Shown here one piece after another: positions 23,270 to 35,700 of a stretch of DNA of 64,000 nucleotides. The number at the start of each line of letters is the position of its first letter. The first letter of the stretch is position 1. The notes under the pieces were generated by a model. That model searched no databases. It was not told the origin of the DNA and saw only the letters and a program-made list of their open reading frames with translations. Made by a program: the position numbers and the translations under genes. Source of the DNA: Pocillopora damicornis (lineage: Eukaryota); the NCBI RefSeq assembly GCF_003704095.1, contig NW_020843739.1, forward strand, positions 186,001 to 250,000. The letters run 5' to 3'.

Positions 23270-26200
23270 ACTATGCATTTGTACTTATGTTAGTTGTAAG
23301 ATCTTTGTGTTACTTTAAAATATCCCCGTCCATGACTTCTAGTATCTACTTTTTCCTTGACAATAAATTGATGGTTCAAGGATTTTTTTTAATCCCACTT
23401 TTGTTGTAATTAAACAGCAGTCATTGACCTCTCGGATCTACAGGGAGCAGTAAAGAATCTAACAGATCATCAAGCATCAAATGGCAGCGAATTCCTCAAC
23501 GAACGAGAAACATTTATTCTCGTGCGAGTTGAAAGTAGGGAACTCTTTCGAGTTGATGCAACTCAAGTTCTATAGAAACTCGCTTTTTTTTTCGTTTTAC
23601 ATAACCGTTGCTTCAAGACTAAACGCAAACCAATTAAGATGTTAATTTGATAAAAATCTTTCATGCGATCCTGAATTCATAAAACCATGTTCTCGTATCA
23701 CCATCCAATGCTTTCACTTCTGTTTCATTTTTTTTTTCGTTTTTGTTTTAATTTTGTTTTGTTTTGTAGAAAACATAGAGGGCCGTGAATTTCCCCTGTA
23801 CACACCTCTTCTTAATGACGAGGACGTTTTGACAAAGGATTTCCTAGGTGAGCATTTGGGACTTTTAACATGTCACTTATATTTTGATGAGTACCTTCAC
23901 ATGTCTGTTTTCAATAGTTTACTTATAGCCACCTTTAAATAGACTTCACTATACCAGCTTCCGTTCGAGAAATGAGCTCGCGCTCCTTCCATCCGGGGAA
24001 ACGGCAGAAATCGAGCCCACCTTTTAACTGATTTTCTACTTCATTTCAAGATCCAAATCTAGTCCCGGATGTGTACTCACTGATTGGAGTTTAGATCGAG
24101 TGTTAAGTGTTACGTTCCCCCTCAATGCAGTAAATAAGGGGCGATTTCACCCTGTTAACATTTCCGGGAGCAAACCATAAGTTTTAGAGGTGACATTTTT
24201 AACCAATATTTTGCCCTTATTTTAGAAAGTTTACGCCGCACGCCTACTGACACCCTAGAGGTCAGCGGCAGAGGTTCTCGTAGCATGCGTCGAGGAAGCC
24301 TAAAACCAAGTGTCAAACGCAAGCAGTCATCGGGAAATCTCAGTCTTAGTCCTACAGGGAGCAATTCCACGGGTAATAAACCCAGTGCCACGTCAAGAAA
24401 ACGTTCGAACCCAAACCGGCGGACTTAATAAGATGAACCAAGTGTACTGGCAACAGCGTGACAGGAGCCAAAAAAATTTACTAAGTGCATGTTTTCAATG
24501 GAGCACGCAACAAAAGTAAAGACAAAGTCGTGTGTCATTCATTTGCCCTTTGTTTGGCTTGTTATGATACTGGCAAATCGAATTACTTTCTGAGAACTCT
24601 AAATTTTGTTGTACCGGTAACCATCGTCTATGCATTTGATATGTCTCCTAAGTTCTCATTTTATATCATCATATTTCCAAACGAAAATTGTAATCAGTGC
24701 GATACCAGACGCAACTAGGAATATTGTATCGCAATTTCATGAATATACATTAAGAAGGATATTGGAAAAGGCGTTTTTTTCTAACATGATTCGCTTCAGG
24801 AGAACAGCAACTGATGCTTATTTAGAAGTCTCTTCATCGGTGACAAAAGGCGACCTTACACAAGTAATGCTCACAAAAAAAAATAGTCACTGAACTTTTT
24901 AGTTACGCAGGTTCAGTGTCGCTTTAGTGTCACCGGAAGCAAAATTGTTTTGCTTGTAAAGATCAAGCATGTGAAAGAAGCATGCGTGAAATAAGTTTTT
25001 CTTGTTCAGTCTTTACTCCTTAGAGGATTGATGTCAGCGTCAGAAGTACACGCGCAAAACGAATGGACACAATTGAGCACATGCGCCTAACAAAAAAGGA
25101 GATAATCTCACGCATGCAAACAACAACGCGACTCAAGTTCGAGCGTGTGCACAACGGATAAAGATGTTTACTCATCTTAATTACATTTTCTGTATTTCCC
25201 ACTTGTTGGTCTTTTATTTACTTTACAGAGTTATGTTTGTCCGCAACAGTCTTTAACTAAACTTATAAAATCAACCTACCATAACTAGGCGAGTATCAGT
25301 TAGCTATGATAACGATGTAGTTTTTACTTCGGCATTCAGAATATTCTCTGAAATACCAACCTAACCTCTTTAGCCTTTTTTTCAGTTGATGAAAATGTGC
25401 GTTTTCATTGAGGTAGGTGAGCCTAGGTTGAATAACCCCCCAAGAAATTTGTTTTTAACTTTGATATTGTTAAATATGAATATTTGTACCTAATGAGTTA
25501 ATTATCAAATACCAGGCTTAGATCTCTCGGACCACTGTGATTAGAATTAGTTTAACAAGTTGAATAGGATTTGTAGAGAGTACATTGTATAACTGGACAT
25601 AAACAGTTTAGACAAAGGCACGCAAGGCTTTTGTCAGGCAAAATAAACGATTAAGTGATGGCGCCAGAATGCCTTCCGTATATTGTGGAAACCTTTATTG
25701 CCCCCAAAGGAATCGATCTTGAGACGTTTAACAGCCCCTTATATCGCTTTTGAGCAATTGCGTCAAGACAAAGAAAAAAAAACATTTAATTGGTGGCAAT
25801 GTACCCCCACAAATAGTAAGGATATTAAATTTGGTTGTTATGTTTATTGGGGACAGCTATAGTGTATATGTTTGCACCGGCTCTATGACTAAGAGCAGGT
25901 TTTGATGTGACTTTGTTGTCAATACATGTTGTAAGCAACTCCTTGTCCTCTTTTAACTTTCACAGGATTCCAGATATTGTTAGAACAGAAAATTTTAGCT
26001 ACAAGGTATTTCATTAATACTTCTCTTAGACGGTCATTAGTGCATTCAACAGACTAATTTGATTCTTGTTAGCGCCTTCCTCAACCATGAAATTTATTGC
26101 AAATTGGGCAGATGTTGCCTCTAGCCGTGTATTGTTCTGTCTGCGTCTTCATAAAATCTTTCTCGCTTGGTCACTTACGTTAAATAATAATTAAATTATA

Positions 26201-26637
26201 GAGTACACATAAACAACAACTTGAAATAAAATCTCAAGTGCCGTGGAATTGTTCGATTGGAATAAAACCAGAGCCAAACTTTCTACTTGAAAGTGAGCAA
26301 TGTTTGAAGGATGTTAAAGACCTGAGACATAATTCGTTTCTGGATTTGCATTCCGTGTTAAACAAATATAAATGATTGAACAGAGAATCTTTTCTATTCG
26401 CGTGCTCCTTTTTCGGATCTCTTTTGTGTTGAGCTTGATTATGAAAAGTTTAATTTATTTACAATTCAAAAGTGACCCTTCGCGTTTTTCAGTCAATAGT
26501 AGCGAAGATTTGGTGCTCTTTGTTTACACAAGCCTAAACCTGTTATTAGTTTCCACTATCGGAGCAAACTTGAAATGTATTTTAATAAGAGAAACAAAAT
26601 TGGGAGAGAAACCGAAATTATATCTGGATACAGTGTT

Positions 26638-28311
26638 CTAAAGATCAGTTTCTTGTAAAGAGCTTATATAGGCGAGAAGCTTTTGGTCTATTTTGTTCAC
26701 TTCAACCCAGCAGTCCATAAATGAGTCATTTTCGACGTCGTTAAGTGTCAACAACTGAGTCTCTAAGTTTTCCTTTGGATGTAGTTTCTTCGGGTCGAAC
26801 GCGCAACCCGCACACACATTAGCATCAGGACGACTTATATTGGCCTCTGCAGCAATTTTGTCTGTTTGCATGTTCATGTCTTCAGAATCGTTGGGAAACA
26901 CATGTTCATTTCTGACAAATTCAGATCCCCTCCCGCTATCTATCAACAATTGCTCTTCTTCTTCTTTCTGTTTTATGTAAGTTGGGGGTGGTCGTGAACG
27001 TGACATGTTTGAACAGTCCTCTTTTGTTTCTCTTTGTAAAAGACTTTGTCTTTCGTCTTCGTTTTCATTCGAATTTTGATCACATATGGACAAAGTTGTG
27101 GTATAACTATTAGAAATGGGTGTCCTTTTAAATTCTCTTCCACCATCTTCACTTCTCCTTTGAAGTTTTTTATTTGTCGCCGAAGAGGTAGTGGAAGCAG
27201 GAGTTAGTCGGCTCCCACTCTCCACATCGCCACCAGCCTTTCCATCGCCATTGGCGTGTTTATACACTGCTAATCTGAACTTACCACCACGGATTTCGTT
27301 CATTGCCTTAGGATTTGTTTTATAAACATCCGCATTCGTCTTTTGCCCGCACTCACAGCGAAAGAAGCTTTTAAAGACTTTCTTAAACTCTTTATTCAGT
27401 GTTCCGTAAGCGATAGGATTGAGTGCGCTATTTGCCATTGGGAAAACGTTTGAAAATCGCAGAACGTAAACAAAGTACTTGGAGTTGAATAAGTCACCGT
27501 ATTTAGACCACAAGAACACAAAATGTTGAGGAAGCATACAGATTGCGTAGAGTATCACCAGAGCGACTAGCATGTTGGTAATTTTTGAAGTCTGTTTCAT
27601 TCTCTGCCTGACTGCAGCTGCTATTACCTGAGAGCTTTTAGGAAGCATTTTCATTGTGTTGTTCTTACGAATCTTAACCGCGATTAGCACTGCTAACACT
27701 ACAATAATGGCCAGAGGTAAGATGTATTGAATCACAAAAATGAAATTCCAATAGAGCTCAAAATAAAGAGGATCTGGCCATTTCTCATCGCAATAAACTT
27801 TACCAGGCTTAGGTCTTACTATCCCAGCCACATATAGAAGTGGAGAACAGATCACAAAAGAGGTGATCCAAATTACAGCCAGGGTGATTTTGACTTTTCT
27901 ACCGCTTAATCGGGGTTTCATAGGATAAGCAATTGCTCTGTATCGATCGCTTGTTATGGCGAGGAGTGTCCCGATTGAGGCTGACAAGCAGAGAGGAACC
28001 AGAATGTAGGTGAAATGACACATGAAATTTCCTGTAGCCCAGTTATGGTTGTTTTCAAACGCAGCCATTTGCGTCGGTAAAAAGATCACTACGTTTAGTA
28101 AGTCGCAAAGAGCCAGATTAAAAGTGAAAATGTTATTGCTCGTCCGCATCCGCTTACGACGGATCACAGCCACACAAACCACAGAGTTACCGATGATTCC
28201 TACAATGAACACAACGATAAATATCAAGCGAAGTGTCCAGCGCATATAAGCTGGCTCGATGAAGTTGCCACTCGCACTCGTAGGGGACATAGTAAAGTTC
28301 TTCTCACCCAT
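26638..28311 (-). CDS. Class A (rhodopsin-like) GPCR, neuropeptide-receptor type, intronless CDS (557 aa)
   Basis: Seven TM segments; GN in TM1, NLALCD in TM2, DRY, YCDEKWP in ECL2, YILP, CMLP, NSALNPIAY, helix 8 NKEFKKVFK; N-terminal sequon NFT. Confidence 0.95.
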   Translation of the reverse strand: MGEKNFTMSPTSASGNFIEPAYMRWTLRLIFIVVFIVGIIGNSVVCVAVIRRKRMRTSNNIFTFNLALCDLLNVVIFLPTQMAAFENNHNWATGNFMCHFTYILVPLCLSASIGTLLAITSDRYRAIAYPMKPRLSGRKVKITLAVIWITSFVICSPLLYVAGIVRPKPGKVYCDEKWPDPLYFELYWNFIFVIQYILPLAIIVVLAVLIAVKIRKNNTMKMLPKSSQVIAAAVRQRMKQTSKITNMLVALVILYAICMLPQHFVFLWSKYGDLFNSKYFVYVLRFSNVFPMANSALNPIAYGTLNKEFKKVFKSFFRCECGQKTNADVYKTNPKAMNEIRGGKFRLAVYKHANGDGKAGGDVESGSRLTPASTTSSATNKKLQRRSEDGGREFKRTPISNSYTTTLSICDQNSNENEDERQSLLQRETKEDCSNMSRSRPPPTYIKQKEEEEQLLIDSGRGSEFVRNEHVFPNDSEDMNMQTDKIAAEANISRPDANVCAGCAFDPKKLHPKENLETQLLTLNDVENDSFMDCWVEVNKIDQKLLAYISSLQETDL

Positions 28312-31300
28312 GATGGGGTTCTAACGTTCGCAGTTGTAAGATGACAAAATCACTCCATTTTGCAGCTTGTGTTGTTGTGGTTGGCTAGCTTTCGGGTCCA
28401 AGCCAGCTGATTTGACCCGTAAAATTATTGCAATAAATGCAACATTGGTATACTTGTAAAGATGCTTCCTTTGATTGAGTAGGACGTCGCTCTTCAACAA
28501 CTTCTAACTACTGACAAGTTTCAATTGGTTGTCCTTCAATCATCGGTTAACCTGCAATTAAAAAACTTCTCGGTTAAAGTGAATTTTCCGCATATTAAAA
28601 GTGCGAAAGATGTGTTTATCTTTGTGCGTAATTCGGAAAGCTATGATATGTAAATGTATAACCCACTTGCGAATTTCAAAGATAACCAAGACTTGATAAC
28701 TGTAATTAACAATTTCTCTGTAACAATCGCTACCTTGGCTAGTTCCTGTTCCTAAGTTATAAACGTGTTATGCACAATTGCCGACTGTCTTTACTTCTGT
28801 TTTTCCACCCTTTGAAAACATTGTTCTTTACAGACAAAACAACGTTTGTACAAACACGAATTCTGTGCTTTGCGTTGGATCCTCTCTGATTGTTTTATTG
28901 TATTATTTGCCAACGAGATCAGTAATGTTGTGAGGTGAGAAGTCCTTTTTAAAATATCTTTGCGGATTAAAGCGCGAATTTGTGTCTTCTGTTTGTTTAT
29001 TTCTTGGGTAATGTAAAAATTTCCATGGACCTTGTCATGCGAGGCAAGAATTTGTCTAATTTACAAGGACAGTAGGCGATTTTAATTAAAGCTTATAAAG
29101 ATAGATTTATTGCTTCATGGCCCATCACACAAACGACGCAGCCTCACCATTGCTCAGTGAACTCTGAAACATGGGTCAACCTCTCTGCATACAATTTAAT
29201 TTCCTTGTTAAAAGTGCAAGTAAACAATAATTTCTTGCTTTAATTCTGTTTAAAATGAATCTAATGGAAGTAGCGAAAACTTTAAATTTCCATTCATCTC
29301 AGAGCTAGGATTATTTATGATCTAAACTTGAGCTAACACATAATAATCTATTACACTTTAGCAATCTCCTGCTGATTTTATGACACTTCTTTACAATTTT
29401 ACCATAAGCTGTATTTGGAAAAACTCTGCGAACCACGCTGTATCACTCCAGAGATTAACCGGTAGGTGTTTTTAACCCAATAATCAAGATATTCTAAAGA
29501 ACTTAAACAAAATTAAACAGTTTATTTTATCGTTATGGAGTCCTACAAAGTGACTCGGAGGCTTTTTGCGAAATGGCCCTTTTTTTCCATTTTTTTCTTC
29601 TTTCCTTCTTTCTTTTTGCGTAATTTCTGGCTCCTCTAATCACAATAATTTTCAAATGAACTTCGTCAAACCTCGGACATCAGACACATCATAAGTATAT
29701 TTCCAGTTCTCCTGTCGTTTGGAAAGGTAAAAACAGAGGAGTTCTTCTATTTCCATTTAAAACACAAATTTCAACAACGGTTTTAATTTACAAACAACAA
29801 TTGAGTAGACCTTCAATTTGACTCTCACTGACTTTTCTATACCCCAAGTTAAAACTAATTCCATTATCAAAATGTAAAAAAATGTTTTAGATTTGAAGCG
29901 TGCGGAATAGTCTCGCTCCAGGACTCTCGGTAATAACAAAAGATGATATATATTCTTTCATGGGCGTTCACTTATGTTAGTGTGTGGCCGTGAGTGAGTC
30001 TCTTAGAACGAATTCAGCCCCAAAGCACCCCTGTAATAGCTCATTATTATTCCAGGAATAATCCGCGATCTGTTCGGAATCGTGTACAAAAACCAATACG
30101 ACTTTCTTGCTTTGAAATCAGCATTGCCGGCTTCTCCGGTTGACGGAGTATAGTTGTTATCGATCACTGACAAAGTTTTGTGCTCTTAGGTCAAATAGAA
30201 GTCAGATGTGATCCGTCTTCGTCTACTTTTAGCAGCATGCTAAATGGGTCTTAGTTAAGAAAAACAAACATGAGATCGTTTTTCTGATGGATACAATGCT
30301 CTGTTTACGTTCTAACATTAAAATATATAAACAATACACCTTAGTTTAATATTTGGTTTGAAACGGAATGTAGAGGCCTGAAAGCTTCCACTGTGGGCTG
30401 CAGAATCTGTTTAGTAAATAATTACTTACTCTCTGCAGCCCCTATTCTTTTTCTCTCGAAAACCACAGTAGGAAAGTTTCGACCCCTGGTTAGAAAGAGT
30501 CATTTTCTTCCACGCACTTTCATAACAGCATTCATGCCGACTTGTAAAGAACTTCAACATTCTAGTTTCGGTTCCGTGTGACCCTCGCTGGGAAGCACAA
30601 TGGTATTTTCATTTATGGCATTGTTTTATTTTGTTGGAATTTTGAAAGCGTGTTGGATAGATAAAAGCAAAATTTTTACTCTGAAATTCTTCGGTTTTCT
30701 CAGTTCAGTTCACGTAGGCTTTATCCGACAGAGACAATAAACAATACAACAGACTTGGCTAAGTTGCCAAAGTACTTTATCGTGTGCCGCAGAACTCATC
30801 ATCTTCTCTGTTGCAAACCTTTTTAACCACATCTCAAATCGATGATTCTCCCAACTAAATTTAATATACTTTTGTTAATGTTAGTTTGAGAATTTAGTAC
30901 ACGATCAGGACAACATCCCTGTGTTGTATGCCTTTATTTTCACGTATTATTAAACGTATGCACAGATTCTGAGAGGAGAATCACGTTGGTCACACTTCGG
31001 GAATAGTAGGATAAGGAACAGCTGTGGCTATTGGCCACAAAATCCCATCTCAATGTATTCTATCGAAGATACTTCACACCTCCTATGATGATTTCATAAA
31101 ATGAACATTTTGTTCTTGTCGCTCCCGCTGTTTTGATAAAAGACAAAATTGTTATTAAAGGTAAATTCTAATAACTGAAGTGTTTCGTTCTTGAAAGCCT
31201 GCTTTTCTACTCACGTACTGCAAGTAACTTATCTTTTCCCAACCTAGTTGCATAACATCTATAATTCGTTTCTCAGCCTTAATTTCGCAAAAGAAGATTT

Positions 31301-32529
31301 CCGTACCGCGATAAAACGACATAAAAAATTATTGACTCACCAACCATTCAATAAAAAGTGATGTCTTGCATCAAAAGTCGGGTTGGAAGCTGTGCTTATT
31401 GTTTGCGTGTTGAACTCCGGTTCAAGCAAAAGGGTTTCTTATGCATCTAAATATAAATTGTAAACACCAAATGATGTCCAACAGGGCTTTTGTTTAAAGA
31501 GAGACTCGTGTCAAGTTTGTAAACACATATGAGAAAGAAAAATCCTTATACCTTCTCTCATTTCTACTTACAGAAATCATCTCGGAAACATCTGCGTCTT
31601 GATTTAGAGCTGCTTTGACTTTGTATTGTTTACCCAACTCAATTAGATCAATTTAATGGCAGAATATTTCTGAATGAAATTTTCGTTTGTAGTAATCAAT
31701 GCTGCCATTTACCCTCTAATTTTTAGAAGTGTTTCGTTCAATTAGGTTCATCGAATTGTCAACAAAATGTTAGTGTCGACTGCGATGAAAAATTTGAAGA
31801 GAATTCCACTTGACTATATCGATTTCGCCCGCAATTTTTACTCAAAAGTTTACGAGCCGAAAGACATCTTTATTTACCAAGAAAATTGGCGCTGTATTTC
31901 GTTAATAATTCATGGTTATTCTTTTGCTGGAAGCTTCATATAAAAACTTTTACTTTCATCTCCTTTACAGTTTGCCGACAGGAAAGCGATAAAAATAAAT
32001 CCTTCTTACTCACACAGAAATATTTGTCTTATATATGTTTCAGTTCGGTATCTGTCTACAACCGAAAAGTAAGGTGTACGTTTGTAAAAAGCCGAATTGC
32101 TTAACTTGACCATGTTTTTGTCATACTTATCAACGGTTACAAAATGTCACATTCTGTGGGTTTTTGAGATAAATTTGAGTTTAATAATTCTTAGATCAAA
32201 CTCAGCATACTTGCCAAAGCTAAAGACATCGTCAGGCTAAAAAGCGAGGATTTGTGTTGCTAAGGATCATGGGATACCCGTTTCTTGAACTGCGGCTTTT
32301 ATTACAAGTTTTTAAACTAGTGGATTTCCATTTCCAATGAATGCCAGGTTACTTATGTTATAATTTTAGTTAAGTTTCCGGCCATGTTTACTTTGTTTAG
32401 TTTCCCCCCTAGACTCTGTAATGTCATAATCTAACTGAACTTAGGCGATTGATATATAGGTGTCTTAGTCTTTGTGGTCTTTTTTTAAAACAATGTATCG
32501 TGCTGCTTTTATGATAGGCTATTTATGGC

Positions 32530-32753
32530 ACTTTTTCAATTTAATCTCGAAAATAATCCGCAATTGTATTGGTTTTGCCAAACCTCGCTCTGTGATTGGT
32601 CCCGTATACTCGCGCCTCTCCCTTTAACCAATCAAATACAGAACTAAAACCGTTTTCCCGCGCTTTAGGCAGTTAATGGTTTAAATGATATCCCATTGGC
32701 TCTGGAAGGTAATTTCTTTTCTTTGATTGGTTGTTCAATCGAAAGGCGTTCTA
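32530..32753. mobile_element. Degenerate MITE-like repeat rich in GATTGG/CCAATC
   Basis: TTTTCAATT..TCGAAAATAAT start, internal CTCGCTCTGTGATTGG, TTTTCCCGCGCTT, end CAATCGAAAGGCGTTCTA. Recognised by resemblance to abundant coral repeats only. Confidence 0.45.
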
Positions 32754-35700
32754 GTGGGTGAATAAACCAAGTCAAAGGTTTTTCCTGTGAAATTAATTTG
32801 ACCAAATCAAAGGAATTGAGCGAGCGTGGCACACTGAGTTGAATGGCCTCAGTTCTTTCGGCTAAATTTGGCATGTTTGGCTGAACTTGACCTTTCATGT
32901 ACTTCATGTTCTTATCTATGAAACGTATATATGATTATTAACACGCCATAAATGCTGTTTACACACGAACTTTTTTATCTCATAAATATTACAACTTCGT
33001 CGCCAACTCCAGTTATTTGAGGTCGGTTTTTGATTGAACTCAGGCCAATCAAGAGGTCAGAACTTCATTATAAGTCTAAGAAAGAAAAACCGACCGTAGA
33101 TAAGTGTTATCAGAGACCATTCCTGGACATCTGGTGACAAACAGGAATCAATTTTCGATATTTCCCAAGTTGATGATCGTGTCACAGCTTTTTCTTGTTT
33201 GAGAAAATACACATGCAATAAGTTGTTAAGAGAAGTGACAGCTGAACTAACATAAGCATCACTAAATAAATAACTACACTGCTGTTCCAGGCAATCAAAA
33301 TAAGGCAAAAACTCTTTTGATTTTTATGATTACTAACTTAACTTTGAAGTTATTCACGCAGATTTCAGTCAAAGTGTAATCAACATATTTTTTTCCCATC
33401 GAAAGAACAGACCATCATCTAGAGGCGAATCAACAGAAAATTTTCTTCTTCACTGAGCTAAATAATGAAATGAATTAGAAGTCTGAACTTCTACAAATTA
33501 TTAACCGTTCAGAGAGTACACACCTCCTGGGATGTTTAAGCACGAATTAACTCATTAATCTCTTCTTTGGCGACATCGTGTAACGCCCAAAGAAAAGGAA
33601 AAACTACTTCATGAGTTAGCATGGTTAAGCAGTCTATGCCCGAATGACCTCGTCTAGAATTGCCGTTTCAGATATGGACAATCACAAAAAGGTTTTATAA
33701 AGCAAAGTGTTTCTTATTTCTTTCTTGGCTCAGTAAGGTTAATAGGATGTTATATTCATCGGATTCATCATCTAGGGCAGCTACATATATCAGTAGAATG
33801 CTGACTCACCATGTATCATGAGTACTAGAAGTCTCCTGTTATGTTGAGTATCGGTGTAAAACATTTACATGTTCAGCAAGATCCTGTCTTTTTTGGAGTG
33901 AACTTGTTCATCGGTTTAAATAAATTCAGTGTTTATCACCGCGAGTTGCACTCACTTAGTCGGAATGTTTTAGATATTCTAGATGTTTGTTTCCTTTTAT
34001 TGAGATTTTCTGATAACAACTTGAGATGATGAGGCCCTCCTGCAATTTTCCTTTACGTTAATTTCGAATTTGTTATATGGTTTCCACCTTTGAGAATTTT
34101 ACTTACCTGGTCGACTGACTACCCGTATATGGTAGGGTATTTCAGTACTGTGAACCTAAGCTTTTTTGCTTCGTTTTGATTAAGTAGCTGCGGTGGGTTA
34201 TTTATTCAGAACCCACAGTCTCAAAGGTTATATGCGGTGAAGACATCCGTTAACAATGAAAATTAAAAAAACAGATGCGAAGACTAGTTTTGTAAACAGC
34301 GCGTGCAAAAGCAGTACTTGAATTTCAAAATAAACAAACTAGGACGATTAGTAACTCTTTTACCCGAATATAGAGGTGTTAAAAATAACAACTATACTCG
34401 AATCTGCAGGTTAGGGTGTATATCATAGTCAGGAACAGCAGCATATCTAGTGGCACTCAGTCTGACGTCACACGTTACCGGTCTGAATATCTAACTTCCT
34501 CCTTAACACACACAATGTGTCTTGGAGTTGTAAATTGGTCGACGGTAGGAGAAAATGTTTTGTCAGTCTGTTGTCACATCATCGAATATTCGCAAAAAAG
34601 GCATTTAAAATGAGTTCTACTTGTCTTAAGATATGAAAAATTCTCTGATAGTTTTCAGTACAAAGCTTTAACTTCGTGAAATAAAAGATTGAATGCAAAT
34701 GCACCATATATGGGAAAGAAATTAGTCGTCAACACAACCTCATTTAACCCAAAAGTATATCGTGAACGTGGAGATAAACGTTTGTTTGTCGAACAAAGTA
34801 AAACGAACATGGTGTTAATTAAAAGGTACTGGTAACATCTAACCTTTTGCTGGTAAGAATGGACTTCATTTATACTGTCGAGAGGAAACGCCCAGAATCT
34901 GAGGCATTCGCAAGACTTTAGATAAACATTGCCAAACAATGGACACATTGCAGTATTTTAATGATTCAGGAGCTGCCCAAAAATGGATGTGATTGGTCCA
35001 ACACCCAACATACGATACATGCTGAGTAGTGAAGAAGACACTAGTGACTTTTAATTAAGCCTTGATATATGCGCGCTTCTCAGAGTTAAATTTGCGAGTT
35101 AAGGTTTCGCGTGCATGCTCCTGAGAACCAAACGCTTTGACTGTTGCATCATTATGCTTCTACACAACTTTTGCGGGTTTAGGTGCTTGCATATTTGATG
35201 CAAGGGACGCACTATCCACGGTATAAAAGCTGCATACATCACCAATCTTACCATTCGAACTGGGACAGTTTAAAATCCAATTCTAGCAGATTAAGTCGAT
35301 CATAGAGAAAGCACTCTATGAAATACATATAATGTGCTGCTGGTGCTTGACATCTCAAAATGAGAGTTGAACTCGCAATACGTGCTTGGGAAGATTAAAG
35401 GAGTCTAAGTGGTGAGAATTGAGAACAATAGTAATTATGGTCAAATAACTTTGGGCCATTGATTACCTATATACTTATCTTTTCACATTCCATATTTACT
35501 ACTCCTCATTTTATCTTATCTCTGATCATTTGATTGCAAGTTCGTGCGAATATTTTCAATTTATTTGCAAATTGAGTTTTGACTGACGAACAGGTTGCCC
35601 ACAACATCTTCAGTTGAGGTGGAAATTATCAACAAGGAGTGAGGTTTAACGTGTACGCTTGTTAAGGCCTTTTGCTCTTACAAAGGAAAGTACTTGATTA

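Noticed and set aside
23034-23409. Poly-proline ORFs
   Set aside because: They derive from the poly-C tract of a small MITE.
19400-26600. Short ORFs (60-120 aa) between PAIP1 and the GPCR, and similar ones at 29-42 kb and 59-64 kb
   Set aside because: No homology motifs or consistent splice phases; lengths are as expected by chance.
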